From: a virus
Lineage: Duplodnaviria; Heunggongvirae; Uroviricota; Caudoviricetes
Virus record (IMG/VR): IMGVR_UViG_3300015360_001243
Location: 49,999-113,998 of that record
DNA: 64,000 nucleotides
Strand: one strand, 5' to 3'
This document shows, piece after piece, positions 36,069-45,436 of the stretch. Below the pieces are notes generated by a model. That model searched no databases. It saw only the letters and a list, made by a program, of their open reading frames with translations, and was not told the origin of the DNA. The position numbers and the translations under genes were made by a program. Each line of letters opens with the position of its first letter. The first letter of the stretch is position 1.

Positions 36069-36096
36069 TTGACATCCTAATTCGGATGATTAACAT
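36069..36096 (+). promoter_or_regulatory. possible sigma70-like promoter upstream of the RNA ligase gene
   Basis: TTGACA at 36069-36074, a 16-nt spacer and a weak TAACAT -10. Confidence 0.3.
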
Positions 36097-36107
36097 TAGA
36101 ACTAGAT

Positions 36108-36863
36108 ATGAAGCTGCCACGAACTTTACACATTGAGGGCTCCCGCCTTCCAGCCGGAGGCACAGATCCCGAGGCCATTGAATTTAATAAACTGAAAGAC
36201 CAATTTCTTGTAATTGAAGAGAAGGTTGATGGAACGGGTGTGTCCATTAGCCTTGACAAGCATTTTGATCTTAATATCAATCACCGAGGGTCAAAAGCCA
36301 TTGGTAAAGAATTTAAAGCTCTTTATGATTGGGCAGAAGACAATTGGGAAGACCTCGTCTATCTATTAGGTGAACGCTACACTCTCTTCGGAGAGTGGAT
36401 GCAGAATAAACATACTATCTTTTACGATAAGCTTCCCCATCGATTCCTTGAGTCAGATATCTATGATAGAGAAAAGAAAATTTGGCTTTCCACTAGTGCC
36501 CGCAATAATCTTTTGAATGGTGCCAAGTTTGTCAAGCAAGTTCCAGTAATTGCGGCCATGAAGCCCTCGGCTCTTTGGCAAGTCACTCAACTAGTTGGTA
36601 AGACAGCTTACCAGTCTCCGGAGTGGCAGAAGACACTTAAAGTTAAGTCGCAAATGTTCGGAGCCGATTATCAGAAGGTTCTATCTGAGACAGATCAAAC
36701 TGGAATGATGGAAGGCTTGTATATCAAGCATGAAGATGATTTTCAAGTTGTAGGTCGCTACAAATATGTAAGACATGAGTTTCTTCAATGTATTCTTAAT
36801 TCAGGATCTCATATAATGAATAGGCTACCAGTTTATAATGCGTTGGAGGGAGAAACATTCTAA
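36108..36863 (+). CDS. ATP-dependent RNA ligase, Rnl2-like nucleotidyltransferase domain
   Basis: Ligase motif I EEKVDGTGVS (KxDG). The 251-aa size matches the Rnl2 catalytic domain. Confidence 0.6.
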   Translation: MKLPRTLHIEGSRLPAGGTDPEAIEFNKLKDQFLVIEEKVDGTGVSISLDKHFDLNINHRGSKAIGKEFKALYDWAEDNWEDLVYLLGERYTLFGEWMQNKHTIFYDKLPHRFLESDIYDREKKIWLSTSARNNLLNGAKFVKQVPVIAAMKPSALWQVTQLVGKTAYQSPEWQKTLKVKSQMFGADYQKVLSETDQTGMMEGLYIKHEDDFQVVGRYKYVRHEFLQCILNSGSHIMNRLPVYNALEGETF

Positions 36864-37108
36864 TGATATTCGGAATCGCAATGTTAGTTGTGATTTACAT
36901 TCTGTGGGTGCTTTTTGTTGAAGGAGCACTCTGGAAAATTATCCTCTTCTTTGCCGGCTGGTTCGGCATTTACCTCGGAATGAAGGTATATATAGATGGC
37001 GCTGAAAAAATCTGTATGACCATTACAGATTACGATTTTAGTTGGGCCGCTGTGGTTCCGACCGTCGTTTGTATTATGGCCCTTCTAACCACTAAGGTAA
37101 AAGAATGA
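36863..37108 (+). CDS. hypothetical small membrane protein
   Basis: Two transmembrane helices; ATGA overlaps. Confidence 0.4.
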   Translation: MIFGIAMLVVIYILWVLFVEGALWKIILFFAGWFGIYLGMKVYIDGAEKICMTITDYDFSWAAVVPTVVCIMALLTTKVKE

Positions 37109-37512
37109 ATAAGCTCTATAAAGAAAATGGATTGCTCTCTGAGCATGGTGTCGTTGTTACTCATCCCGTTAAGATGGCTTGCTACAAGCTTCTAAACATC
37201 AATAATGAGATCAAGCAATTGTCTGAGGACGAGCTACGTACCCTTGGGGGTGCTCTTCAAAAGATTGTTGGAGATGCTATTTCTGAAAGAATTGCCTTTA
37301 AAAGAGAAGTTGCTACTAAGCTTGCTGAAATGAATGATGCTCAGTTTGAGGCCTTGCTTAAGGCTAAGTATGGTAGCAACTGGATGTTTCAAACTCTAAG
37401 TAATGAAGAACTTACTCGCTGCCCCAGAACACAACAACAAGAAATAGAAAACATTCTCAAAGAGAGTGCTAAGCACGTTACAAAATTTCCACGTAATGGT
37501 ATTAGGAAATAA
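37105..37512 (+). CDS. hypothetical protein
   Basis: ORF. Confidence 0.4.
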   Translation: MNKLYKENGLLSEHGVVVTHPVKMACYKLLNINNEIKQLSEDELRTLGGALQKIVGDAISERIAFKREVATKLAEMNDAQFEALLKAKYGSNWMFQTLSNEELTRCPRTQQQEIENILKESAKHVTKFPRNGIRK

Positions 37513-37514
37513 AA

Positions 37515-38777
37515 ATGTTACTCGTTCAAGAATATCTGTTGACACATACATTTGGTCAGTTGGCTGCTGAGCACGGAGTTTACGCTTCGTTTGCTAAAGC
37601 GGGCCACAAGTTTTCTTTGAACTATGATCAGATTGAAGCTAAAGAATCTAATCCATTGGCACAAGAATGTCGTGGCCTTGTCTTGGCGTCAAAGGACGGC
37701 CATATTCATACGCCAGTGATCAATCCTGGAGTCAAGCCTGACTTCAATCATATTTCTCCAGGTGAAACAACTATCCTTGCCTATCCAATGAATAGATTCT
37801 TCAATCATGGCCAGGGTTGTGCAGCCCAGATTGATTGGTCAGATCCTAAGCTTGCTATCCTGGAAAAGTTAGACGGTACGCTTTGCATTATCTATTTCGA
37901 TCTATTTACTGATAAGTGGTGTGTCGCAACTCGCTCTGTGTCTGAAGCGGACTTGTTGATGGATAATGGTTTGTTTACTTTCCGTACGCTCTTCGAAAAG
38001 GCTTTGACGGACACGACTGGTTACTCTTTCGATGTCTTCACCCGTTATCTTAATAAGGCTTATACTTATTGCTTTGAACTTACGACTCCGTACAACCGTA
38101 TCGTCGTAGATTATAAGAGCAATGGTATAACTTTGCTAGCAGTCCGAGGCCTGGTAACTCTTCAGGAATTGGATATGAAGCATCCGGTAGTTGATCTTCT
38201 GCCTACCAGCTTGCCAATCGTACAAGCACACACGTATACGTCTGTGGAAGATTTGGTCAATTGGGTATCTTCATTGAATCCAATGGAACATGAAGGCGTT
38301 GTAGTCCGAGACTCTAAGTTCAATCGTATCAAAGTTAAGAACGCTGCTTACGTGGCGTACAATAAACTTAATGATAAGTTAGGTTCCTCGGAACGTAATT
38401 GTATGCAGTTCATCCTTCTCGAAAAGGATGATGATGTTGCGAGCTTCCTTCCTGCGGATATCGTTAACAACATGCAGCAATTGAAAGAAGGATTACAAAA
38501 ATCAATTCATGAACATGATCTTGTTTATGATATTGCTAAAACTGTTGTTGATGTAGCAAACCCTGGAAGCAAAAAAGAATTTGCATTAGCCGTGCAAAAG
38601 GCTGTTGAACATGGTAAAACTATAAACAGAGTAATTTGGACTGCTCCTTTCTTTGCTATGTGGGATGGAAAAGCCTCTTCTATGAAGGACTTTATCCAGA
38701 AGAACCGAAAGAATGGAGAATGGGGCGACAGCTTCCTGGATAAACTCCTAGAAATGTCAAAACACCATTCAGCGTGA
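37515..38777 (+). CDS. rnlA: ATP-dependent RNA ligase 1-like (T4 RnlA / gene 63-like)
   Basis: Motif I ILEKLDGTLCIIYFD aligns with T4 Rnl1 ILTKEDGSLVSTYLD. The 420-aa size is comparable to T4 Rnl1 (374 aa). Confidence 0.65.
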   Translation: MLLVQEYLLTHTFGQLAAEHGVYASFAKAGHKFSLNYDQIEAKESNPLAQECRGLVLASKDGHIHTPVINPGVKPDFNHISPGETTILAYPMNRFFNHGQGCAAQIDWSDPKLAILEKLDGTLCIIYFDLFTDKWCVATRSVSEADLLMDNGLFTFRTLFEKALTDTTGYSFDVFTRYLNKAYTYCFELTTPYNRIVVDYKSNGITLLAVRGLVTLQELDMKHPVVDLLPTSLPIVQAHTYTSVEDLVNWVSSLNPMEHEGVVVRDSKFNRIKVKNAAYVAYNKLNDKLGSSERNCMQFILLEKDDDVASFLPADIVNNMQQLKEGLQKSIHEHDLVYDIAKTVVDVANPGSKKEFALAVQKAVEHGKTINRVIWTAPFFAMWDGKASSMKDFIQKNRKNGEWGDSFLDKLLEMSKHHSA

Positions 38778-38788
38778 TATAGAAAATT

Positions 38789-38823
38789 AAAGGGGTTAGC
38801 TTCCCAGCTAACCCCTTTCTTTT
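38789..38823 (+). terminator. rho-independent terminator after rnlA
   Basis: AAAGGGGTTAGC-TTCCCA-GCTAACCCCTTT followed by CTTTT. Confidence 0.85.
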
Positions 38824-38826
38824 ACC

Positions 38827-39378
38827 ATGAATAAATCTATTATATTCATTTCTGGTTGGGCGGTACCCGGATGGCTTGCTAAAAGCAGGTTTGTTTGGGA
38901 TGAAAGATTATGGTCCGATTACGAGTGCCTTTGGCTAGATAGTCGTACTCCAGCTTCTGACTGGATGATTAAATACGAATTAGATAGATTACAAAGGATA
39001 GTTGAAAGTCGCCCTGGCTGTGCTCTTATTGGGCAATCTTTGGGAGGATGGTGGGCCGCTAACCTAGCGTTACGTTTTGATGTTTCCATTAAGAAACTAG
39101 CTCTTTGGACTCCAGTATGTGATGCTAGTGCCTACCCAATTTTTAAGGCCAGCAGAGAGTTTCATCCACCCCTCCAGTTTCGTACTCAGAATCATGGACC
39201 AGCCAGAGTATTGACTTTAACGGCTAATCAAGATCTTATTGTTCCTCCAGATGCTCATGGACATGAGCTTAGTAAACATTTTGATAGTATGACCTATAAA
39301 TTAAAGGGTGGACATCTTTATCAATCTAATCATAAAGCAGCGCTCCAATATATGAAAGATTGGATAGAAACAGAATAA
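38827..39378 (+). CDS. alpha/beta-hydrolase fold esterase (YqiA/UPF0227-like)
   Basis: Nucleophile elbow GQSLGGWW (GxSxG). About 180 aa. Confidence 0.5.
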   Translation: MNKSIIFISGWAVPGWLAKSRFVWDERLWSDYECLWLDSRTPASDWMIKYELDRLQRIVESRPGCALIGQSLGGWWAANLALRFDVSIKKLALWTPVCDASAYPIFKASREFHPPLQFRTQNHGPARVLTLTANQDLIVPPDAHGHELSKHFDSMTYKLKGGHLYQSNHKAALQYMKDWIETE

Positions 39379-39402
39379 TGGCATTCTGATATATAAATAA
39401 GT

Positions 39403-40113
39403 ATGAACAAATACTTATTTGAGTCTGACTTTAGTGCCGATTCGCTTAGATGGCATCAAACACGCGAACAAAATACGGGCAAAATGTCAGTAGAGGAGTT
39501 AGAAAAACTCCAAACAGAGATTTTATCTTCTAAAGATTCCGCCCTTGCTTATTTCTTTGCCGCTGAATTTGGTTATCAAACCTGGAAAATGCAGCAAATA
39601 ATTATAGAGAATAAAGATGCTAAGTACGCTTTCTTGTTTGCTCAGAATATAAGAAACTGTGATATCAAAGCTTTACAGAAACTAGTCACTGATTCTAAGA
39701 AGACCAAATACATTTGCAAATTTGCTTGCTTCGTTAAGGGCGCAGACCGCAAGCCCTTAGAATCAATCATATTGAATTCAAAGAACGTCAAGTATGCCCA
39801 TATGTTTCTCAAACATGTTAAGGGCTCAGACGTTACTAAATTTAAAGGATTGATTATGGATTCAGGGAAGCCACGTTATTTATTTGAATTAGCCAAGCAT
39901 ACAAAGAAGCTAGATGAGATATCTAAAATAGAAGACCTAATTATAGCAGCGGGGTCATTTACTTATATGAGACTCTTTGCCGAAAAGATTAAACTCGCTA
40001 ATATTGAAAAACTTGAGCAGGCCGTATTAGATTCAGATAATATAATTGAGATAAAAAAATTCGCTAAGTATGTTAAGCGCTCTAAAATGAAAAGATTTTT
40101 CTTAGTCTTATAA
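39403..40113 (+). CDS. hypothetical protein
   Basis: ORF. Confidence 0.45.
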   Translation: MNKYLFESDFSADSLRWHQTREQNTGKMSVEELEKLQTEILSSKDSALAYFFAAEFGYQTWKMQQIIIENKDAKYAFLFAQNIRNCDIKALQKLVTDSKKTKYICKFACFVKGADRKPLESIILNSKNVKYAHMFLKHVKGSDVTKFKGLIMDSGKPRYLFELAKHTKKLDEISKIEDLIIAAGSFTYMRLFAEKIKLANIEKLEQAVLDSDNIIEIKKFAKYVKRSKMKRFFLVL

Positions 40114-40788
40114 ATGATCTGCATCGCAATGATGAATCTTACAGAAAGCTATTAGATCTTTCTTAGTAATGTGATCAGCGCCTGCTGGTAGTATCGTCCC
40201 ATCATCTAATATAATTTGCGAGTATGGATACATAAGCGTATTGAGATTTGACATCCCATCTAAATGCTTTATTCCCAATGAGTGACCCAATTCGTGGAGC
40301 ACTACTTCTTTGAAATTATCTCCCAGTCTCTCAGAAACTATTGAGATACTTGGCAAAGCATCGTGATGGTAAACTCCTAGAGTTTCACCACCTTCAAGAT
40401 CCATTAAAATAATAGTCGTATCATCTGGAGATTTTTTGACAACAAATACAGAATCAGTATACTTCATAGGCTCATTTGTTGGAAGTTGAATGATATCGTA
40501 TTCAATACGATGATTAGTCGCCATTGACCATTCTAAAGCTGCCTTCGTGATCAAATCGGTCTCTATATTATCAAAGGTTCGATCTAAGTATAAAGTAACG
40601 TGAGCGTGTTCCGGCCAGTCTCGGGCCCCTGGATATATCTTAGCTACAAAGCTGTAAAGTGTTAGTATTGTCACTAGAATTAGTGTTAAACATAAATAGT
40701 GAATAACTTTAGGTAACTTCATATCTTGCCCTCTGATACTATAACTGGCCAAAAAGATATACAAATTTATTGATATCGGTGACATCAT
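40108..40788 (-). CDS. membrane-anchored metzincin-type zinc metalloprotease
   Basis: HELGHSLGIKH (HExxHxxGxxH). The N-terminus is hydrophobic (transmembrane or signal anchor). It is on the minus strand inside a plus-strand block. Confidence 0.65.
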   Translation of the reverse strand: MMSPISINLYIFLASYSIRGQDMKLPKVIHYLCLTLILVTILTLYSFVAKIYPGARDWPEHAHVTLYLDRTFDNIETDLITKAALEWSMATNHRIEYDIIQLPTNEPMKYTDSVFVVKKSPDDTTIILMDLEGGETLGVYHHDALPSISIVSERLGDNFKEVVLHELGHSLGIKHLDGMSNLNTLMYPYSQIILDDGTILPAGADHITKKDLIAFCKIHHCDADHL

Positions 40789-41449
40789 GGACTCTCCAAA
40801 ATATAATAGAACATTTCATATGCCTTGGAGCCCTGGCGCTACCAATGACGATAAGATAGCGGATTCGGTAAGTTATCTTATCAACCAACCTATTGTTATT
40901 ACTGAAAAAATAGACGGCTCTAATACATCATTGGAATTAAAGGGATGTTTCGCTAGAACGCATTCTGGTCCCCCGACTCATCAATCTTTCGATGAATTGA
41001 AGGCCTTGCACGCCCAAATTGCATTTGATATTCCTGATAACTTTCAGTTATTTGGCGAGTGGTGTTATGCTAAGCATTCTATTGCTTACAGTGAATTACC
41101 CAGTTATTTCTTGCTATTTGGCGTTAGAGAACTACTTGAAGGTCAAAACTATTGGTATTCTTGGGAAGATGTAGAGAATTTTGCCCTACTATTTAATCTG
41201 GATACTGTGCCAGTTCTATTTAAAGGAACAGTTTCTTCAGAGAAAGACCTTCAACAATTAGTTGAATCTTTTATGATTCAACCGTCTGCTTGCGGTGGTA
41301 TAAGAGAGGGCGTAGTGGCCAGAGTGGAATCAGAATTTATTGATGATGCTTTCGGTCAATGCGTGCTAAAATGTGTTCGAGCTAATCATGTTCAAACTTC
41401 AGAGCATTGGAAAGATCAAGAGATCATTAAGAATAAACTAAAGTTATGA
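40787..41449 (+). CDS. ATP-dependent RNA ligase, Rnl2-like nucleotidyltransferase domain (third ligase)
   Basis: Motif I TEKIDGSNTSLE (cf. T4 Rnl2 KIHGTN), 220 aa. Confidence 0.55.
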   Translation: MDSPKYNRTFHMPWSPGATNDDKIADSVSYLINQPIVITEKIDGSNTSLELKGCFARTHSGPPTHQSFDELKALHAQIAFDIPDNFQLFGEWCYAKHSIAYSELPSYFLLFGVRELLEGQNYWYSWEDVENFALLFNLDTVPVLFKGTVSSEKDLQQLVESFMIQPSACGGIREGVVARVESEFIDDAFGQCVLKCVRANHVQTSEHWKDQEIIKNKLKL

Positions 41450-41540
41450 ATTACGAGAGGCTTGACGACCATATTTTCATGGTTACTTTTTATGTGAATA
41501 ACGAGACATTGAGGCGAGGGGAATAACAAGGATCGTTCAA

Positions 41541-41801
41541 ATGAGTATTAGAAAATTTCATTTCATGAGATTGGAAGATGCGTCGGGCGTAAGTGGTTGC
41601 GGTATCGTTGCAGAAGGTGTTATCTTTTCAAACGGCAAGGTTGCTTTAGAGTGGTTCGGTGAACACTCCAGCACTAACGTTTATGATAGCCTTGCAGACG
41701 TGGAATACATTCATGGTCATGGGGGTCGTACACGTATTGTGTTCGATGAAGAGGCTCCGGAGTGTCCAAAGAAAGAAGAAGTTAATAAGGATGTTAAGTA
41801 A
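41541..41801 (+). CDS. hypothetical small protein
   Basis: ORF. Confidence 0.35.
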   Translation: MSIRKFHFMRLEDASGVSGCGIVAEGVIFSNGKVALEWFGEHSSTNVYDSLADVEYIHGHGGRTRIVFDEEAPECPKKEEVNKDVK

Positions 41802-42519
41802 GTCCCGAACAATATTAATTGGTGATATTCACGGTTGTATCGATGAGTTTAACGAGCTTGTGAATGCTCTCTCCTATAATAAGGAGACGGATAGACTCAT
41901 TTTGTTGGGCGACTTAATTGATCGCGGTCCAGACTCTGTTGGCGTGGTTGCCAAAGCAAGAGAAATGGATCTTGAATGTGTCATGGGTAATCATGAGCAT
42001 GCATTCCTAAAGTGGTATAAAAGTGTTGGTACCAGGAATGATGTGTATGATCGACGTCCTTATTACTCCGAGTTCTCAGATGCTGATGTTAATTACATCC
42101 ATCGAATGAGTGAGTATATTCATATTCCCGAACAAAACACTGTAATCGTCCACGCCGGATTGCGTGGCGGTATTCCTCTGGCTCAACAGCGCAGAGACGA
42201 CCTATTTTATATTAGGTACATGGATTCTGATAAGAAGTTCATTAGTCTCAAAAAGATTAATAGACTTGGTAAAGATGCAACGGATGCACACTTCTGGACT
42301 GATAACTGGTATGGTCCAGAGTCAGTAGTGTACGGGCACAACGTACACTCGTATGAAGAACCGCTGATTACGGAAGTGGCTCCTGGGGTTAAATGTTATG
42401 GTTTGGATACTGGTTGCTGCTTCGGCGGCAAGCTTACTGCTATGGTCTTAGAAACCAAGCAGGTTGTTCAGGTTCAAGCTAAGCGGGCATACTATGGATC
42501 AAAGTTCAATATAAGATGA
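41791..42519 (+). CDS. PPP-family Ser/Thr/phospho-ester phosphatase (lambda-phosphatase / ApaH-like)
   Basis: IGDIHGC, LLGDLIDRGPDS and GNHE motifs. The start is set to the internal ATG at 41791. Confidence 0.75.
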   Translation: MLSKSRTILIGDIHGCIDEFNELVNALSYNKETDRLILLGDLIDRGPDSVGVVAKAREMDLECVMGNHEHAFLKWYKSVGTRNDVYDRRPYYSEFSDADVNYIHRMSEYIHIPEQNTVIVHAGLRGGIPLAQQRRDDLFYIRYMDSDKKFISLKKINRLGKDATDAHFWTDNWYGPESVVYGHNVHSYEEPLITEVAPGVKCYGLDTGCCFGGKLTAMVLETKQVVQVQAKRAYYGSKFNIR

Positions 42520-42881
42520 ATTACACAGAAAACCAACTTAGCGAATTAGCTAAAACCAATCCGAAAGAACTAGCGCACATATTAACCAGCTCCAGCGTCA
42601 ACATAAGAGTGTTGACATTCGGGGCTGAAATTTTAGGAGGGGAAGTTACAGACGAGTCAATCGTCCTTCCGGTTCTAAGTCGCTTAATAAAACATGTTAA
42701 TGCCATTGTCAGAGAGGGAGCTGCCATTGGCATTTCGTCTTTCTACAGTTCAACAAAACCGCCCCAAGATATATTAGACAGGTTGAAGTTCATGTCTACT
42801 AATGATCCTTCACCTGCATTACGTGACACAGTCAAAAGTATGTTAGAGGATTATAAAATAGATGAAAGAGCGCAAGACTGA
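42516..42881 (+). CDS. hypothetical protein
   Basis: ORF with an ATGA overlap. Confidence 0.4.
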   Translation: MNYTENQLSELAKTNPKELAHILTSSSVNIRVLTFGAEILGGEVTDESIVLPVLSRLIKHVNAIVREGAAIGISSFYSSTKPPQDILDRLKFMSTNDPSPALRDTVKSMLEDYKIDERAQD

Positions 42882-43377
42882 TTTATTCGAAACAATTTAT
42901 GAAGATGATGTTGATGCCATCTGTATAACTACAAATGGTCAATACACCATTCACGGTATTGCCGCCATGGGCGGTGGCTGCGCAGGTATTTGCGCTAGAC
43001 GCTGGCCAGAAACAGCGCAGAGACTTGGGCGCATGCTAAAAACCTTTGGAACTAATATTCCATTTGTTATTGGTGCGCTAGATGAAGATGGAAATCATAT
43101 AGAACCAACTAGAGATGGAATAAAGAATAAGCAGTTTAAATGTCTTATCTTTAGTTTCCCCACCATTAATAACTTGATGAATGGTTCTAATATTCAATTG
43201 ATTAAACAATCGGCGACCCTTCTTGTAGATTACGTTGATCAATTTGGATTAAAAAATATAATGGTGCCCAGAATGGGAGTTGGGATCGGCGGGTTGCGCT
43301 GGGCTGATGTGAAACCAGAAGTAGAAAATATTCTTGATGACCGCTTTACAGTAGTCTCATTTGATCATGAGGAATAA
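42862..43377 (+). CDS. macro-domain-like protein (second copy; ADP-ribose binding/hydrolase candidate)
   Basis: DAICITTNGQYTIHGIAAMGGGCAGICARRWPE (cf. DAIVNAAN..LLGGGGVDGAI.RAAG) and IMVPRMGVGIGGLRW (cf. IAFPAISTGIYG). Confidence 0.55.
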   Translation: MKERKTDLFETIYEDDVDAICITTNGQYTIHGIAAMGGGCAGICARRWPETAQRLGRMLKTFGTNIPFVIGALDEDGNHIEPTRDGIKNKQFKCLIFSFPTINNLMNGSNIQLIKQSATLLVDYVDQFGLKNIMVPRMGVGIGGLRWADVKPEVENILDDRFTVVSFDHEE

Positions 43378-43542
43378 TGAAATTACTTAAGTGCAAGCTA
43401 TGCAGCGGTGAAATGGATATTGTTGGGAACGAACGTTCCATCAACAAAAAAGTCAAGTGTCGTGACTGCGGGTATAGTAATGAGAACGAGCATGAGCGCC
43501 CAAAGGGCCCCGAGGTTGTAATCATTAGAAGGAGAAATCCTA

Positions 43543-44217
43543 ATGGGTAAGTATCGTCAAATCATTGATATTGATGGACACAATTCTGCTGCGCACATTC
43601 TCAAAAATGTGAGACCTAATTCTACTGTTGTAGAGTTTGGGCCAGCTAGTGGGTATATGACTCAATATTTAAAAGAGTCTTTAGCTTGTAAGGTTACTAT
43701 TCTAGAACTAGATTACGATGATGGGCTAGAGGCGTCTAAGTACGCTGATGAATCATTAATTGGATATCCCAACGGGGACATTGAAATGTGGCAATGGATT
43801 AATTTTGATCCCGTTGATCATGTTATTTTTGCTGACGTGTTAGAGCATTTGCGAGACCCATGGAAAGTCTTGGTTCGTGCGGCCAAGATCATTAAAAATG
43901 ATGGTTCTATTCTTATTTCTATTCCTAACATAGGGCACAATTCGGTGATTATTGATTTAATCAATAACAAATTTAATTATAGGGAAACTGGATTATTAGA
44001 TAATACTCATCTTAGATTCTTTACTAGAGAAAGTTTAGCTCAGATGGTTGTCGATGCCGGTTTAGTTATTGAAAACGAATTCAATACTTATTGCGCCGTT
44101 GAACATACCGAGTTTCAAAATTCATTCGATGCTGTTCCCGAGTCTGTCGCGGAAATATTAAAAGCCAGGCCAGATGGCAATCTGTACCAATTTGTTTGGG
44201 AACTAAAAAAGGAATAA
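43543..44217 (+). CDS. class I SAM-dependent methyltransferase
   Basis: Motif I VVEFGPASGYMTQYL and a post-I acidic ILELD. Confidence 0.6.
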   Translation: MGKYRQIIDIDGHNSAAHILKNVRPNSTVVEFGPASGYMTQYLKESLACKVTILELDYDDGLEASKYADESLIGYPNGDIEMWQWINFDPVDHVIFADVLEHLRDPWKVLVRAAKIIKNDGSILISIPNIGHNSVIIDLINNKFNYRETGLLDNTHLRFFTRESLAQMVVDAGLVIENEFNTYCAVEHTEFQNSFDAVPESVAEILKARPDGNLYQFVWELKKE

Positions 44218-44218
44218 C

Positions 44219-44992
44219 ATGTATTATTTGTCTAGCTGCTCAATTGTCAAAAACGAAGACAACTACATTGATGACTTTGTAAAAATTCACAAGGCTCTTG
44301 GTGTTGAGTTCTTTCTTTTTTATGATCGCTCTGACAATCCTCTATCTGAGAGATACAAAGGGCGTTCTGATATTCAGGTGATTCATTATCCCGAACCTAA
44401 TCGCCATGCCCATGCTTGGAGAGACGGCGTTCAGTTTTTTCAGGGCAAGTCTAAATGGGTTCAGTTTATTGATATTGACCAAGTTAATGTCCCGATGAAG
44501 ACGGATGATATTAAGGTCATGCTGCAAGATTATGAACAGTTCTCTTCTTTAGGTTTGAATTGGCATAGTTTTGGTTCTAACTTTCGAGAGACTGAGCCTG
44601 AGCCAGGATTATCGACCTATGAGGCCTATACAAGGCGAGCCGCCCCACTTACTCCTATTAACAATCATATTCAGTCGATTGTTCAAGTTGAGCACGCAGC
44701 GATACGAATTTGGGACGATCCCCATCACCCCACCATGAATCCTGGACACTTTCAAGTCAATGAACGCAAACAACAGTTTGGTGGGCCTTGGAATATTCCT
44801 CCGTCACAAGACGTTGGATTCATTGCTCATTACTATACTCGTAGCAGAGCTTATTGGGCGATGAAATGTGCCAAGCTTAGGGCAGATACCGGAACAGTTG
44901 GTAGTCTTCCGCAAGAATTTGATCATCATCAATCTTACATGAATGCTGAGGAAGATTTTACTGTTAAGAACATTTGGGACAAGATCAAGTGA
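44219..44992 (+). CDS. putative glycosyltransferase (GT-A-like nucleotide-diphospho-sugar transferase fold)
   Basis: N-terminal SIVKNEDNYIDDFVKIH...FFLFYDRSDN. The family assignment is tentative. Confidence 0.4.
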   Translation: MYYLSSCSIVKNEDNYIDDFVKIHKALGVEFFLFYDRSDNPLSERYKGRSDIQVIHYPEPNRHAHAWRDGVQFFQGKSKWVQFIDIDQVNVPMKTDDIKVMLQDYEQFSSLGLNWHSFGSNFRETEPEPGLSTYEAYTRRAAPLTPINNHIQSIVQVEHAAIRIWDDPHHPTMNPGHFQVNERKQQFGGPWNIPPSQDVGFIAHYYTRSRAYWAMKCAKLRADTGTVGSLPQEFDHHQSYMNAEEDFTVKNIWDKIK

Positions 44993-45435
44993 TTTACATA
45001 GCTCATCGTGGAAATACTCAAGGCCCCAATCCTGATAAAGAAAATCATCCCGACTATTTAAGAGACGCTCTTCGTAAAGGTTATGATGTTGAGCTAGATG
45101 TATGGTTCATTGGAGGTAAATACGTATTGGGTCACGATAAACCTCAATATGAGGTAGCTGATTACTTTTTTGATAATCCGCATATGTGGTGCCATGCCAA
45201 AGACATAGCCACGATGACCTCGCTGTTGGACCCAGGCTTTCTTATAAATGCTTTCTACCACGAGACCGACGCCTGCACCCTGACGACCCAGAAATGGATT
45301 TGGACGTATCCTGGGCGGCCTGTGCCAGGGTGGCGTTCTATTGCTGTCATGCCTGAGAGGGTGCCGGGTTGGGATATTTCATTGGCAGGAGGAATCTGTA
45401 CCGATACTCCTATCAAATATCAGATATCTAGGTAA
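44974..45435 (+). CDS. glycerophosphodiester-phosphodiesterase-like protein
   Basis: IAHRGNTQGPNPDKENHP resembles the GDPD IAHRG..PENT motif. Confidence 0.4.
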   Translation: MGQDQVIYIAHRGNTQGPNPDKENHPDYLRDALRKGYDVELDVWFIGGKYVLGHDKPQYEVADYFFDNPHMWCHAKDIATMTSLLDPGFLINAFYHETDACTLTTQKWIWTYPGRPVPGWRSIAVMPERVPGWDISLAGGICTDTPIKYQISR

Positions 45436-45436
45436 G

